From Candidatus Sumerlaeaceae bacterium (lineage in GTDB: Bacteria > Sumerlaeota > Sumerlaeia > Sumerlaeales > Sumerlaeaceae), in assembly GCA_051003195.1 (NCBI GenBank), contig JBPCLP010000039.1:32001-96000 (forward strand): a DNA stretch of 64,000 nucleotides, in the 5' to 3' direction. Position numbers and translations under genes: made by a program. Below, piece after piece: positions 40,500 to 50,701 of this stretch (positions are counted from its first letter, which is position 1; each line of letters starts with the position of its first letter). The notes beneath the pieces are model-generated. The model was not told the origin of the DNA. It saw only the letters and a program-made list of their open reading frames with translations, and did no database searches.

Positions 40500-41067
40500 C
40501 GGACCCGCTCATGCTGTGGCCATGGCTCTCGCGGATTCTCGTCACGTGGTCCTGGTCGTGGTAGCCGATGCAGACAGCGAAATCGCCGTCGGGCATCGTC
40601 TCGGCACACCGACCGAAAACCGCAAGAGAACGCGCGATCAGGTAGCCGTTTACGCCGCGCTCCTTGTTGCTCGAGTCGAAATCGGAATCGAAAAACTCTG
40701 CCAGTTCCGGGCTCTCGGGCCCGTCCATTTCCTCGTCGCCCTCGCGTGCCCAGTCATCGTCTTCCTCATCCTCCGACATGTAGTCGTGGCAGACGAAAAA
40801 CGTGCCGCTCCAGTTATGTTCCATGTCGTATTCGAAGTAGACGGCGGCTGCATCCTGTTCTTCAGCGGACTCGAATACGTCCTTCATCGCGTCCTCCAGC
40901 TGCTCCGAATACGCCGATAAATTCACCGCGGCAATCTTGGCGGTGATCTCCTTGCCCGCGAGTTTTTCCGCGCGTTTGCGCGCATTATTTTCGAGGCCGT
41001 CCCAGTCGCTGCGAGCGATATAGCCTCTCATCTCCTCCAACTGGTCGTCGATACGCACTGCAGGCAC
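40468..41067 (-). CDS. Hypothetical strongly acidic protein
   Basis: GTG start with RBS GGGGAG; AVYFEYD...W.G.FF.C..Y......DDDWA and IGYHDQD motifs. Confidence 0.7.
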   Translation of the reverse strand: MPAVRIDDQLEEMRGYIARSDWDGLENNARKRAEKLAGKEITAKIAAVNLSAYSEQLEDAMKDVFESAEEQDAAAVYFEYDMEHNWSGTFFVCHDYMSEDEEDDDWAREGDEEMDGPESPELAEFFDSDFDSSNKERGVNGYLIARSLAVFGRCAETMPDGDFAVCIGYHDQDHVTRIRESHGHSMSGSDDDEDEEDDE

Positions 41068-41454
41068 CTTTTCTCCCCGAATAATTCAATTTCGGGTAAG
41101 CCCTTCGCGTCGCGTTTTCGACACACAAGCGGAAAGCGCACAATGGACGAGGCTTTTTTAACTGCTTATATTCGAGGGCACTGGACGCTCACATTCTGCG
41201 GGCACGCGACTCCTGAATGATCAATCCTTCATTGCTGCGAACCTCGATTTGTTCCGCGCTTACAATGGAATCTGGCGCCCGCTCAGCAACCGTGGAGAGC
41301 GTGTGCCAGCAGGCGGGTTTACGAAGTCGCAACCGCCACGCCACGTGTCACCAGGTTTGAACGATGTCAGCTCCGGGGACTGCTACCGAGGCATAATTCT
41401 TGAGACGAATACCGCGATGCCATACACGGCACTCATGCTCACGTAAGAGGTAAG

Positions 41455-43329
41455 ATGAACCCACACTGGAATGAAGCAGAAGCTCGTCGACTCAAACACA
41501 GGCTTGGAGCAACCTGCCTGGGTGACGGCGGCTGTCTTTTTCGTGTCTGGACTCCTGGCAAAACCTCAGTTAGCGTTCACCTGGTACATCCTGTTGAATC
41601 GATTCACCCCATGGCACCCTGCGAGTTTGGCTACTGGGAAGCAACAATCACCGGGGTAAGCGCCGGCACGCGGTACTTGTTTCAAATCGATGGCAAAGTC
41701 GACCGGCCGGATCCTGCGTCGCGCTCCCAGCCCGACGATGTACACAAAGCATCGGAAGTCATCGCCGACAGATTTCACTGGGAGGACCAGCATTGGTTCG
41801 GGACTCCGCTGAGCAGATATGTGATCTACGAGCTTCATGTCGGCACCTATACACCCGAGGGAACTTTTGAGGCGATTATCCCGCACCTCCAAATGCTGAA
41901 GGAACTGGGCATCACGGCCATCGAGCTGATGCCCGTCGCACAGTTTCCGGGTACGCGCAATTGGGGCTACGACGGCGTTTATCCCTACGCAGTGCAGAAC
42001 TCCTACGGCGGGCACACGGGACTTAAGAAGCTGGTGAATGCCGCACACAACCAAGGTATTGCGGTGCTGCTCGACGTCGTCTTCAACCACCTGGGGCCCG
42101 AAGGCAACTATCTCGGCGAGTATGCACCGTACTTCACGGAGCGCTATAAAACGCCATGGGGGCAGGCCATCAACTACGACGGGCCCCACAGCGAGGAGGT
42201 CCGCCGCTTTTTCGTCAACGCTGCATGCGAATGGATCGAAGAGTACCACATCGACGGCTTGAGGCTGGATGCAACGCACTTCATTTTCGACATGTCGGCA
42301 AACCCGTTCCTCCTGCATCTGGCTCAGCGCATCAAGCAAACGGCTGATGGGGTAAATCGAAGAGCATATCTCTTTGCAGAGACAGACACGAACGACTCAC
42401 GCTGGATCCGGCCGGATACGATTGGCGGTTTTGAAATGAACGCACAGTGGAATGATGATTTCCATCACGCGCTTTATACCCTGCTGCCAAATGCCGATGC
42501 CGGGGCTTACACGAATGATTTCGGCCGGTTTTCGCAACTCGTAAAAGCGTTTTCCGACGGTTATGTGTACACGGGCGAGTACTCGAATTTTCGTAAGCGC
42601 CGTCATGGAAATCCGTCCGCCGACATTCACGGCAAGCGCTTCGTCGTCTTCGCGCAAAACCATGACCAGGTGGGCAACCGGCCCAAGGGGGAACGCATGT
42701 GTGCGCAGGTAAGCTACGAAGGTACAAAGCTTGCCGCAGGGTCGGTCCTCCTGGCGCCCTATCTCCCAATGCTCTTCATGGGGGAGGAGCACGCGGAGAC
42801 AGCTCCGTTTCTCTACTTTGTCCATCACGGCGATCCCGGCCTGATCGAGGCCGTACGGAACGGACGTAAAGAGGAGTTTGCCCATTTTATGACCGATGTT
42901 GAACCCGCTGATCCTCAGGATCCGCAGACGATGGAGCTCTCCCGTGTCGATCACCGCCTGCGTGCCGCCGGGCGCCATAAGTTGTTATGGGAATTGCATC
43001 GAGAGCTGTTGCGTCTGCGTCGCGAGGTCGCGCCGCTCGCCGATCTGTCGAAGGAACACCTCAGGGTGCATTCGTTCGACGATGAGCGCGTAATTGCTCT
43101 CTATCGAACCGACGGAGAAGACGAAGCCATTGTCCTTCTCTGCTACAAGAGCAGCAGCGTCAGCATTGACTTGCCGTTACGGCAAGGCCGGTACGTGAAG
43201 ATATTCGACAGTGCGGACCAGCAGTGGATGGGTCCAGGTACCAGTGCGCCGCAGCAGGTCGACCTCGAAGGTGAAACCACCCGGATGAAACTGCCGGCAG
43301 AATCAGTTACCGTTTATCTCCGGCTTTGA
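41455..43329 (+). CDS. treZ: Malto-oligosyltrehalose trehalohydrolase (GH13)
   Basis: PDPASRSQP, IYELHVGTYTPEGTF, QFPGTRNWGYDGV, DVVFNHLGPEGNY, DGLRLDA, QWNDDFHH, QNHDQVGNR, PMLFMGEE. Confidence 0.95.
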   Translation: MNPHWNEAEARRLKHRLGATCLGDGGCLFRVWTPGKTSVSVHLVHPVESIHPMAPCEFGYWEATITGVSAGTRYLFQIDGKVDRPDPASRSQPDDVHKASEVIADRFHWEDQHWFGTPLSRYVIYELHVGTYTPEGTFEAIIPHLQMLKELGITAIELMPVAQFPGTRNWGYDGVYPYAVQNSYGGHTGLKKLVNAAHNQGIAVLLDVVFNHLGPEGNYLGEYAPYFTERYKTPWGQAINYDGPHSEEVRRFFVNAACEWIEEYHIDGLRLDATHFIFDMSANPFLLHLAQRIKQTADGVNRRAYLFAETDTNDSRWIRPDTIGGFEMNAQWNDDFHHALYTLLPNADAGAYTNDFGRFSQLVKAFSDGYVYTGEYSNFRKRRHGNPSADIHGKRFVVFAQNHDQVGNRPKGERMCAQVSYEGTKLAAGSVLLAPYLPMLFMGEEHAETAPFLYFVHHGDPGLIEAVRNGRKEEFAHFMTDVEPADPQDPQTMELSRVDHRLRAAGRHKLLWELHRELLRLRREVAPLADLSKEHLRVHSFDDERVIALYRTDGEDEAIVLLCYKSSSVSIDLPLRQGRYVKIFDSADQQWMGPGTSAPQQVDLEGETTRMKLPAESVTVYLRL

Positions 43330-44180
43330 TCCGGCACACTCACCGAGCCGACCATCTCGACAGTTGCCGTTGTGTCTGTCGCAGGTAGCCGAACCTTGTT
43401 TTCGTCCGCAAACTTGCCCGTGAGCAGAAAAGAGATCACGTTCTTGCCGGTGCGCGGCATCATCTGAATCACGGGATGCGCATATGGCAGCACGAGAAAA
43501 TCTGATGCGCCTTCCAGTTGTGTGCTCTCCACGCTTACAGTGCCGTCATTATCGCCCGGAATGAGCGGGTTCATACCACGGGAACGCCCACTGCCGCCCG
43601 CGATGATTCCAAACTCGCAACACGGTACCCCGGCACCGGCGCAGCCACCCTGGTCGCCCTGCCGCAATTGCTGTCCTGCTGGTCCAAGGATGAGCTTGTA
43701 CGGCAGCCAGTCGCCCAGAAGATCCGCTAGGTAGGCGCCTTTGTTTGGCGGAGCGATCAGTACCACTCGACCCAGGTGTTGCGGCCTGTGGTTCTTCAGG
43801 TAGGTCCGCACCACAATTCCACCCATCGAATGCGTGACGAAACTTACGTCCTGCTCAGAGTACTTACTTACCTCTTCGTGCAGCAGTTCCGCGATCTCGT
43901 CCAGCGACATCTTCGTGGAAGGATAGCGCCAGTTTACGACTTCGTATCCGTGTTTGCGCAACATGCTGCGCATCGCCAGCATATCGGTGCGGCCCTTGCC
44001 AATGCCATGCAGTAGAAACACGACCTGGCGTCGCAGTTCCGACTCACTGCCCGCCGTTTCGCGCGATTCGAGTTCACTGTTTGCAGTGCGTCGACCCGTG
44101 GTCGCGGCATGCGATTCAGGGCGCGGCCAGCCAATCGTAATCGCAACGAACATGACAAATCGATAAAGATACTTCGACAT
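43314..44180 (-). CDS. Secreted alpha/beta hydrolase (lipase/esterase-like)
   Basis: LLHGIG, VTHSMGG nucleophile elbow, APPNKG, NDGTVSV, H. Confidence 0.88.
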   Translation of the reverse strand: MSKYLYRFVMFVAITIGWPRPESHAATTGRRTANSELESRETAGSESELRRQVVFLLHGIGKGRTDMLAMRSMLRKHGYEVVNWRYPSTKMSLDEIAELLHEEVSKYSEQDVSFVTHSMGGIVVRTYLKNHRPQHLGRVVLIAPPNKGAYLADLLGDWLPYKLILGPAGQQLRQGDQGGCAGAGVPCCEFGIIAGGSGRSRGMNPLIPGDNDGTVSVESTQLEGASDFLVLPYAHPVIQMMPRTGKNVISFLLTGKFADENKVRLPATDTTATVEMVGSVSVPDQSRR

Positions 44181-44294
44181 CAGCAAAGATAACCGGGAAC
44201 CATGAAGTCAATTCGCTGGATTCTATAGCAGGAAACCGGCACGGCTGGTAAAGTAAAAGAACACGCGGGAAGCTCTAAAGGCCCGACTGCTCTT

Positions 44295-46961
44295 TTACCG
44301 CTTTTTCTTATCGGTTCGCTGCAGTCGCTCGATGTGCGACACCACATCCTTGTAAGCGGCGTCTACACGGAAAATTTTTCGATAGAGGTCCAGGGCGCGC
44401 TCATCCTGCCCGTCGTCTTCCATCATTTGCCCGCTGCTGTAAAACAGGGCCTTCAGGCTGTTCTGCTGATCTTCGGGAAGGTCAGAGCGCAGGTCCGCAT
44501 CCCGCAGCGCTTCGTCTGCCTCCAGGTACATTCCTTTGCGTGCGAGCACATATCCCAGCTTGGCACGCGCAATTCTGCGGTCCGGGTTGTTCAGCCCCGA
44601 GCGCTGGTATTCGGCAATGGCTTCGTTCAACTGGCCGAAATCGTGGAACAGGTCGCCGAGCTCCTCGCGCAGCTCCGGCGTATTCTCCCCTTTTGCAATC
44701 AGCGCCTGGATTTCTGCGATTCGCGCCCGCTTGCGCTTCTCTTCCATGTCTCGTATCAGTCGACGGTATTGCACGTTGTCCGGCTCAGCCTGTGCCGCTG
44801 CCTGCAATCGTTGCAGCGCGAGATCAAACTTACCCCGGCGCGATGCGATTTCTGCCATGCGCGACAGTAGTTCCGGGTCGTTCGGGTGGTCATGCAGCAC
44901 GGCAGCGCCGGCGCGCTCCGCACGTTCCATATCTTCCATCGACAGTGCGGCATCCAGTTCCATAATTCGCAACCCGGCATTTGCCTCGCCACCTGTGGCA
45001 TAATAGCGGTCGAGCATCGCCAGTGCATCCTGCGCTGTGCCGTTCTGAAACGAGTAATTCACTTCTGCCAGGAGCGACGGCTTGTGCCTGGGTTCCTGCG
45101 CCAGAATTTTTACCGCTGCATCGTGCAGCAGCGCGTCCGCGTTCAGTTCCCCCTGCACCTTTTCGTGATATAGATCGAATGCTCGATCATACGCCGCGTC
45201 GCGCAGGTATAAATCGCCAAGGTAATCCAGCAGCCGGAAGTTGCGGCCATGCCGATTCAGAAGTTGCCGAATCTCGCGCTCCACATCCTGCCGCAAATCC
45301 GGTTCCCGACGCAGCAGATCTTCGAGTTCCACGACTACACGGTCTGCTCCTCCTGATGGCACAAGGCGGTCATAGTAAGCGAAGCGTGCATCCAGGTTTG
45401 ATGGATCCTTGCGGGCGAGCTCAGCCAGTTGCTGCAGTTCCTGCGCGCGAAGCTTCGTCCGGATGGTTTTATCCAACGCATCAAGGTCGCTCGCCACACC
45501 CCCTTCCGGCGAAACGGCACGCGCGCGCGCAATTTGTTCCGAGGCCTCCGCCATCCTGCCGCCTTCGTGCAGGCAATACGCCAGCGTGGTGAGCGCCTTC
45601 GCGTCTTGCGATAGATCCGGATCTCCTTTTACCAGTTCCTCCACACGCGCATAATCACCTTCGGCGTAGTGTTCCTCCAGCACGCGCAGCTTTTCCTCGA
45701 GCGTCGCCTGCCCGCCAAGCAACAACCGGTTCAGGTGACGTAATACCGAAGCCCGGTCACCTTTTTTCCAATAATACGCGACCAGGTTGCGCCGTTCATC
45801 CCATGTGTTCTCGGGATCGAGGTTCGTGATCTGCTCGACCAGTTGCGCGGCATGATCAATGTCGCCGCGGCGGCGCGAAATCTCCACGAGTGCCAGCAGT
45901 GTGGGCAGATCGCCGGGATGACGTTCGAGCAATTGCGTGTAACAGGCCGCCGCCTTGGTATACGGCGGTCCTTCGCCTGCTTCAACTTCACGGCAAAATG
46001 AGCGCTGATCGTCCGCGACGCCCAGCTCAAACACGAGTTCCCGCAATATATCGTACCATTCGCGACGTTGTGCGGGTGGCAGTGCCTGAATTTCCTGCAT
46101 TGCCTGCTGCTTGCGCCCTGCAGCCAGCCAGTTGTTCGCCAGCCGCTTGAAGGTTTCGTAGGATGGTTCGGTCCGCTGCAATATTTCCAGTGCTTCGATT
46201 GCTCGCTCCGTTTGCCCCGCCTGTTCGTAAACGTCCGCCAGGGCTCTTACGATATGCGGCGAGCGCGATGAAATGTCGGTCGTGCCCGCCCCCCCAAGTA
46301 GATAAGCGAGCGACGCCTCCGCCTTGCCGGTCCTGGCGAGCGCCAGTCCGTAGATTTCCTCGGCATGCGGATCGGCCGGTTTAAATAAAAGTCCGGTATG
46401 AGCCGCCCCGCGTGCAGCGGCATGGGCGTGGGCGCGCAATAGACTGTCCGCCGACCGGATCGACGCTGCGCCGATGGCGCGTTCCAGCAGGGGTATAATA
46501 AATGGCACCAGAACGACAACAACCGCCGCTCCAAGAAAAGCAAAGACTCCGTCGGGAGCTACACCCAGTGCACCCAGCGCCCAGCCTGCCAGGTGAACTG
46601 CAAAGGCTGTCCAGAGTAGATGAATCCGCTTTTTAGGACGTTGCCGGCGCCGGAAGTCCAAGCTCATGAAATAGGCGAGCAGCGTCGTTCCGAGACCTGC
46701 CAGCACGATGCCCGCCACTATCCATACAAAAACACTTAAATTGGCCGATGCTATGTCGGTGTAGTACTCGCCGAAAATGGCACCCCGGCTCGCGATCGTA
46801 TAACTCGCGACGGCGCACAACAGGTTCACGGCTATCGAAACCACCAGCAGCACATTAAACAGTGCCATGCGTTTACGGCTGGGCTCTGGCTTCGCAGGCG
46901 CCGGAACGTGTTTCGCAGGTGCGGCCGTAAATTGGGGATCTATGGGAGATTCGACGGACAT
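44295..46961 (-). CDS. Membrane protein (4 N-terminal TM) with extensive TPR repeats
   Basis: TM block then many TPR-like helices (AQAEPDN, LGDLFHDFGQLNEAIAEY, ALDLYRKIFRVDAAYKDV). Confidence 0.8.
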   Translation of the reverse strand: MSVESPIDPQFTAAPAKHVPAPAKPEPSRKRMALFNVLLVVSIAVNLLCAVASYTIASRGAIFGEYYTDIASANLSVFVWIVAGIVLAGLGTTLLAYFMSLDFRRRQRPKKRIHLLWTAFAVHLAGWALGALGVAPDGVFAFLGAAVVVVLVPFIIPLLERAIGAASIRSADSLLRAHAHAAARGAAHTGLLFKPADPHAEEIYGLALARTGKAEASLAYLLGGAGTTDISSRSPHIVRALADVYEQAGQTERAIEALEILQRTEPSYETFKRLANNWLAAGRKQQAMQEIQALPPAQRREWYDILRELVFELGVADDQRSFCREVEAGEGPPYTKAAACYTQLLERHPGDLPTLLALVEISRRRGDIDHAAQLVEQITNLDPENTWDERRNLVAYYWKKGDRASVLRHLNRLLLGGQATLEEKLRVLEEHYAEGDYARVEELVKGDPDLSQDAKALTTLAYCLHEGGRMAEASEQIARARAVSPEGGVASDLDALDKTIRTKLRAQELQQLAELARKDPSNLDARFAYYDRLVPSGGADRVVVELEDLLRREPDLRQDVEREIRQLLNRHGRNFRLLDYLGDLYLRDAAYDRAFDLYHEKVQGELNADALLHDAAVKILAQEPRHKPSLLAEVNYSFQNGTAQDALAMLDRYYATGGEANAGLRIMELDAALSMEDMERAERAGAAVLHDHPNDPELLSRMAEIASRRGKFDLALQRLQAAAQAEPDNVQYRRLIRDMEEKRKRARIAEIQALIAKGENTPELREELGDLFHDFGQLNEAIAEYQRSGLNNPDRRIARAKLGYVLARKGMYLEADEALRDADLRSDLPEDQQNSLKALFYSSGQMMEDDGQDERALDLYRKIFRVDAAYKDVVSHIERLQRTDKKKR

Positions 46962-47045
46962 TTATCCTCGTGCTGCTGATGCAGGAATGTTGTTAATTCA
47001 AGTGGAAGAAAACGGCTGCACCGCAATTGAGGCCATGTCGCTGAT

Positions 47046-47690
47046 TCAGCCGCAACTCTTTTCCATCAGGTTGCATAAACTGTCCGGCGTCTCCCGGTGG
47101 TAAATGTACGTCGAAGCCTCAATTTTGCGCACATTGAAGCGCCCCTGGGCGCGTTGCGCAAACTCATAGTCCGTTCCAAAGTCCGGCGGGCGGAACCCAT
47201 CAAGCTCCTGGAAAACTTGCCAACGCATAAAGAACGTTCCCCCAATGAAACACTCCGACAGTGCGACATGCCTGTTCGGATCGTTCACGTCGCGAACGTA
47301 ATCCGGACCGCCAACGATCTCAACTCCACCGTGGAGAAGATCGGTTTCCGGATGTGCCTCGAAATAAGCGAGCCGCATCTCCAGGTGATCAGGCCGATAC
47401 TCGTCGTCCGAATCGAGAAACGTGACAAACCCAGCGTCTGCATGCCGCATTCCTGCATTGCGTGCGAGCGCCAGACCAGCGTTTGGTTGATGCAGGTAAT
47501 TGACTCGCACGTCAGCTGAACTGTAGCGCTCGACCACGCTGCGCGTGTTGTCAGTGGAGCCGTCATCGACCACGATCAGTTGCCAATCCAGGATCGACTG
47601 CCGCAAAACCGAGTCGATCGCGCGCCGCAACAGGTGCGCGCGATTAAAAGTGGCGAGGACAACGGAGACCATTTCAGGTAGTCGGTCCAC
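47046..47690 (-). CDS. Glycosyltransferase family 2
   Basis: VSVVLATFNRA, VVDDGSTDNT, NAGLALARNAG, FLDSDD; alternative ATG at 47672. Confidence 0.92.
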   Translation of the reverse strand: MDRLPEMVSVVLATFNRAHLLRRAIDSVLRQSILDWQLIVVDDGSTDNTRSVVERYSSADVRVNYLHQPNAGLALARNAGMRHADAGFVTFLDSDDEYRPDHLEMRLAYFEAHPETDLLHGGVEIVGGPDYVRDVNDPNRHVALSECFIGGTFFMRWQVFQELDGFRPPDFGTDYEFAQRAQGRFNVRKIEASTYIYHRETPDSLCNLMEKSCG

Positions 47691-47786
47691 TCGGACGCTT
47701 TTGCTGTCAACTTGAGCCTCTCAACACGAAAGTCATGACCCAATCCAGTCACCCGCACATTTTTTGTTCGAACCTGCTTTTTATGG

Positions 47787-47817
47787 TTGCATTGGGTTTC
47801 AAGCTTAGGTTTATAGA
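47787..47817 (+). promoter_or_regulatory. Possible sigma70 promoter for the candidate sRNA
   Basis: TTGCAT at 47787 followed by AT-rich TTTATAGA at 47810-47817; imperfect -10. Confidence 0.35.
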
Positions 47818-47819
47818 AA

Positions 47820-48091
47820 TGATAAACTCGATTCAGGGCTTATCAAAAAGTGTGTTGCTTCTCCGGCGGCGGCACATCGACCGACAGCAGGATTTCATCA
47901 CAGCATCTTGACTTAGCAGCAGTTAAGCATCAGTCGTACAACAGCTTCACAGCATGATCTCAGCAGGCGAACATCAAGTAGCTCAGCATGACAGGTGTGC
48001 CGTATCATCTAAGTAGCTCAGCATGTGGCCGGGCCGGACGCTAGGCCCTGCATTTCGCGCCGAAAGGCGATGGAATGCAGGGCGTTTTTTT
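47820..48091 (+). ncRNA. Candidate structured small RNA with repeated AGCA motifs (protein-sponge-like)
   Basis: Nine AGCA motifs in 47886-48023; duplicated AAGTAGCTCAGCATG; closing stems 47862-47867/48033-48038 and 47870-47878/47994-48002; plus-strand terminator with no plus-strand CDS upstream. Confidence 0.6.
48045..48091 (+). terminator. Intrinsic terminator (plus strand)
   Basis: GCCCTGCATT...CGCC-GAAA-GGCG...AATGCAGGGC followed by T7. Confidence 0.85.
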
Positions 48092-48102
48092 GTGCTTTCG
48101 AT

Positions 48103-48864
48103 TCACGCAAACTTTGCCGAAAAGACCCTGGTTTCGTAGGAAAATACGACGTTCCCCTTCCGTTCATGCTCATGGAAGAGCTTCTCCATGCCGCCAAACA
48201 GTTCATCGTGACCCGGCTGGCCCTGTAACGGTACGTAACTGCACGAAAGCAGGCGCCCCCTCAAACCTTCCAAAGTAAAATGCTGCTCATTCGAAAAGCT
48301 ACTGCATTGCATTCCATCGCCCAGAAACGCGCGGATGTCCTCTTCGCGGATGTTTTCATGGTTCACGTCAGCGTAGTCAGTTCCATGGCGCAGCAGCAGC
48401 CGTTCGTAGTCGGCCAGAAAGGGAGTGCTGGTAAGGCGCGCGTTCCATAGCAGAGCCACCAGCGCGCCGGGTTTGCCAATGCGCTGGAATTCCGCCCGTG
48501 CCAGGTTCCGGTCGAACCAATGAAAGGCCTGCGCGCAAATGATAGCATCCACCGAATTGTCCGCGAGGTTCGTCCGCTCGGCAGTTGCGTCGACGCTGTG
48601 AAATTTCGAATAGTGCCCCAGCAACTGTTCGGCAGCAATGCGCATGGGTCCGTTTGGCTCGACACCATAGACGGTGCAGCCGCGTTGCAGCAGCGGTTCG
48701 GCGGAAATGCCGGTGCCTGAGCCAATATCCGCAATGATCGAATCACCGGTTAATCCTCCCAGGCTCCAGAGGTGATCGATTGCTGCGTCCGGGTAATGCG
48801 GACGGTACTTCACATAGTTCTCAACACGGTCACTGAAACGATGAACGGTTTGCATCATGCTCAT
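48103..48864 (-). CDS. Class I SAM-dependent methyltransferase
   Basis: RFSDRVENYVKYRPHYP, IADIGSGTGI, GVEPN, AQAFHWFD. Confidence 0.92.
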   Translation of the reverse strand: MSMMQTVHRFSDRVENYVKYRPHYPDAAIDHLWSLGGLTGDSIIADIGSGTGISAEPLLQRGCTVYGVEPNGPMRIAAEQLLGHYSKFHSVDATAERTNLADNSVDAIICAQAFHWFDRNLARAEFQRIGKPGALVALLWNARLTSTPFLADYERLLLRHGTDYADVNHENIREEDIRAFLGDGMQCSSFSNEQHFTLEGLRGRLLSCSYVPLQGQPGHDELFGGMEKLFHEHERKGNVVFSYETRVFSAKFA

Positions 48865-48964
48865 CTTTTAGATCTCTCGTTCCGCCGTGCACGCAAATTC
48901 GGTTGCACCTTTAACAGCCTTCGCCGTCAGTTGCCCGAAGCTGTAGTTTGCAAAGGATTCATGA

Positions 48965-49462
48965 ATGGCTGAACACGCCGAAGCACTTCTGGAAGAGGAA
49001 AATCGCGCTGCCGCCGACGCCGGGCGCGAGCTCAGTAAAAAATCGCGAACCGACTGGCCTCACTATTTTATGAACATCGCACGTGAAGTATCGACGCGTG
49101 CAACGTGCGATCGGAAACACGTGGGTGCGATTGTCGTCCGCGATAAAAATATTCTGTCGACCGGCTACAACGGCAGCATCCGGAATCAGCCACACTGCGA
49201 CGAAGAAGGTCACGATATGGTCGGCGGCCACTGCGTGCGCACGGTGCACGCCGAGGCTAATGCAATCCTCCAGGCCGCGCGCAATGGAGTACGAATAGAC
49301 GGTGCGGACATCTACACCACAGCTTCACCATGCTGGGAATGCTTTAAGTTGATCGCAAACGCGGGCATCCAGCGCATCTTCTACCAGGAATTCTACCGCG
49401 AGCAAAAGAGCTTTGAGATCGCGAAGCAGCTTGGAATTGAGCTGATCAAAATCGAGGTTTAG
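48965..49462 (+). CDS. Deoxycytidylate deaminase (dCMP deaminase/ComEB family)
   Basis: YFMNIA...RATCDR..VGA, TGYNG, HAEANA, PCWEC. Confidence 0.93.
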   Translation: MAEHAEALLEEENRAAADAGRELSKKSRTDWPHYFMNIAREVSTRATCDRKHVGAIVVRDKNILSTGYNGSIRNQPHCDEEGHDMVGGHCVRTVHAEANAILQAARNGVRIDGADIYTTASPCWECFKLIANAGIQRIFYQEFYREQKSFEIAKQLGIELIKIEV

Positions 49463-49543
49463 AGTTCCCGGCCAGCCGTCACGTACTGGGCTCGGCGGGA
49501 GAATAAGCTTTGCATGCCTCTGCCACACGATTATGCTGCCCAC

Positions 49544-50632
49544 ATGCAAACGATAATTGATCTGCGGAGCGACACTGTCACGCGCCCCTCGCCTGCAATG
49601 CGCAAAGCGATGGCAGAGGCGGAGGTTGGCGACGATGTATTTGGCGAGGATCCCACCGTCAACCGACTGCAGGCGCGCTTCGCTGAAATGGCCGGCAAGG
49701 AAGCTGCTCTTTTCGTGCCGTCCGGGACTATGGGTAACCAGATATGTCTGCGTGGTCTAGCGCAGGCGGGGGATGAAATTTTGTGCGACGAGAACAGCCA
49801 TATCATTCATTACGAAGCCGGCGCTCCCGCGGCATTATCGGGTCTTACGCCGCGGCCACTTACCGGCAATCGCGGGGTGTTTGACGAGAGCGCCGTCCGC
49901 ATCGCCATCCGTCCACTTGGCAACATCCACTACGCCCCCACATCCGTAATCGTAATTGAGAATACCCACAACCGCGGTGGCGGCACCGTTTGGTCGATCC
50001 GTAATATTGGAGACATCCGGCAGACCGCGCGTGAACGCGGCCTCCGTCTGCACCTCGACGGCGCCCGTATCTGGAATGCGATGGTTGCGACGAACACGAC
50101 ACTTGCAGAATGGGCGTCACTATTCGACACCTTGACGGCATGCTTCAGCAAAGGGCTCGGTGCGCCGGTGGGCAGCATGATTGCCGGGCCGGTCGAAATC
50201 ATCGAGCGCGGCCGCCGATTCCGAAAAATGCTGGGCGGCGGAATGCGCCAGGCGGGCATTCTTGCCGCCGCTGCAGAGTATGCGCTGGATCATGAACTGC
50301 CGCGCCTTCACGAGGATCATGCGTTGGCTCGCATGCTTGCCGTCGAACTGAAGCGGCACGGCATGGTTGAGGTGGAAAGCGATCCTCCTCCCACGAATAT
50401 GGTTTATCTTGTCCTCACGTGCGCGTTGTCTGGCGAGTTATCCGACCGTTGTAAAACAGAGGGCGTTCGTTTCGGACATGTTGGTGCAGGACGATATCGC
50501 CTCGTCACGCATCGCGATGTTACCTCCGAGCAAGTCGTCGAAGCCGCACGTATCATTTCAGAACAAGCTGAGAAGCTTGCGAAAAGGCCTGAAGTGGAAC
50601 TGGCGCCCGGGACGAAAGTAATACCAGCCTGA
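49544..50632 (+). CDS. ltaE: Low-specificity L-threonine aldolase
   Basis: IDLRSDTVT.P, VGDDVFGEDPTV, PSGTMGN, ENTHN, HLDGARIWNA, SKGLGAPVGS, GGGMRQAG. Confidence 0.95.
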   Translation: MQTIIDLRSDTVTRPSPAMRKAMAEAEVGDDVFGEDPTVNRLQARFAEMAGKEAALFVPSGTMGNQICLRGLAQAGDEILCDENSHIIHYEAGAPAALSGLTPRPLTGNRGVFDESAVRIAIRPLGNIHYAPTSVIVIENTHNRGGGTVWSIRNIGDIRQTARERGLRLHLDGARIWNAMVATNTTLAEWASLFDTLTACFSKGLGAPVGSMIAGPVEIIERGRRFRKMLGGGMRQAGILAAAAEYALDHELPRLHEDHALARMLAVELKRHGMVEVESDPPPTNMVYLVLTCALSGELSDRCKTEGVRFGHVGAGRYRLVTHRDVTSEQVVEAARIISEQAEKLAKRPEVELAPGTKVIPA

Positions 50633-50701
50633 TTGGGAGTAGTCCAGACCGGCGCGACGACCCCAATGGGCAAAGACTCGCTCGATTGATCTGATACCGA
50701 A

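Noticed and set aside
47819..47911. 30-aa ORF MINSIQGLSK... as leader peptide explanation of the AGCA region
   Set aside because: No RBS, covers only two of nine motifs, and no plus-strand gene follows the terminator to attenuate
47976..48025. 15-bp direct repeats as a mini-CRISPR or type III antitoxin array
   Set aside because: Only two short copies with a 20-bp gap, no cas or ToxN-like gene adjacent
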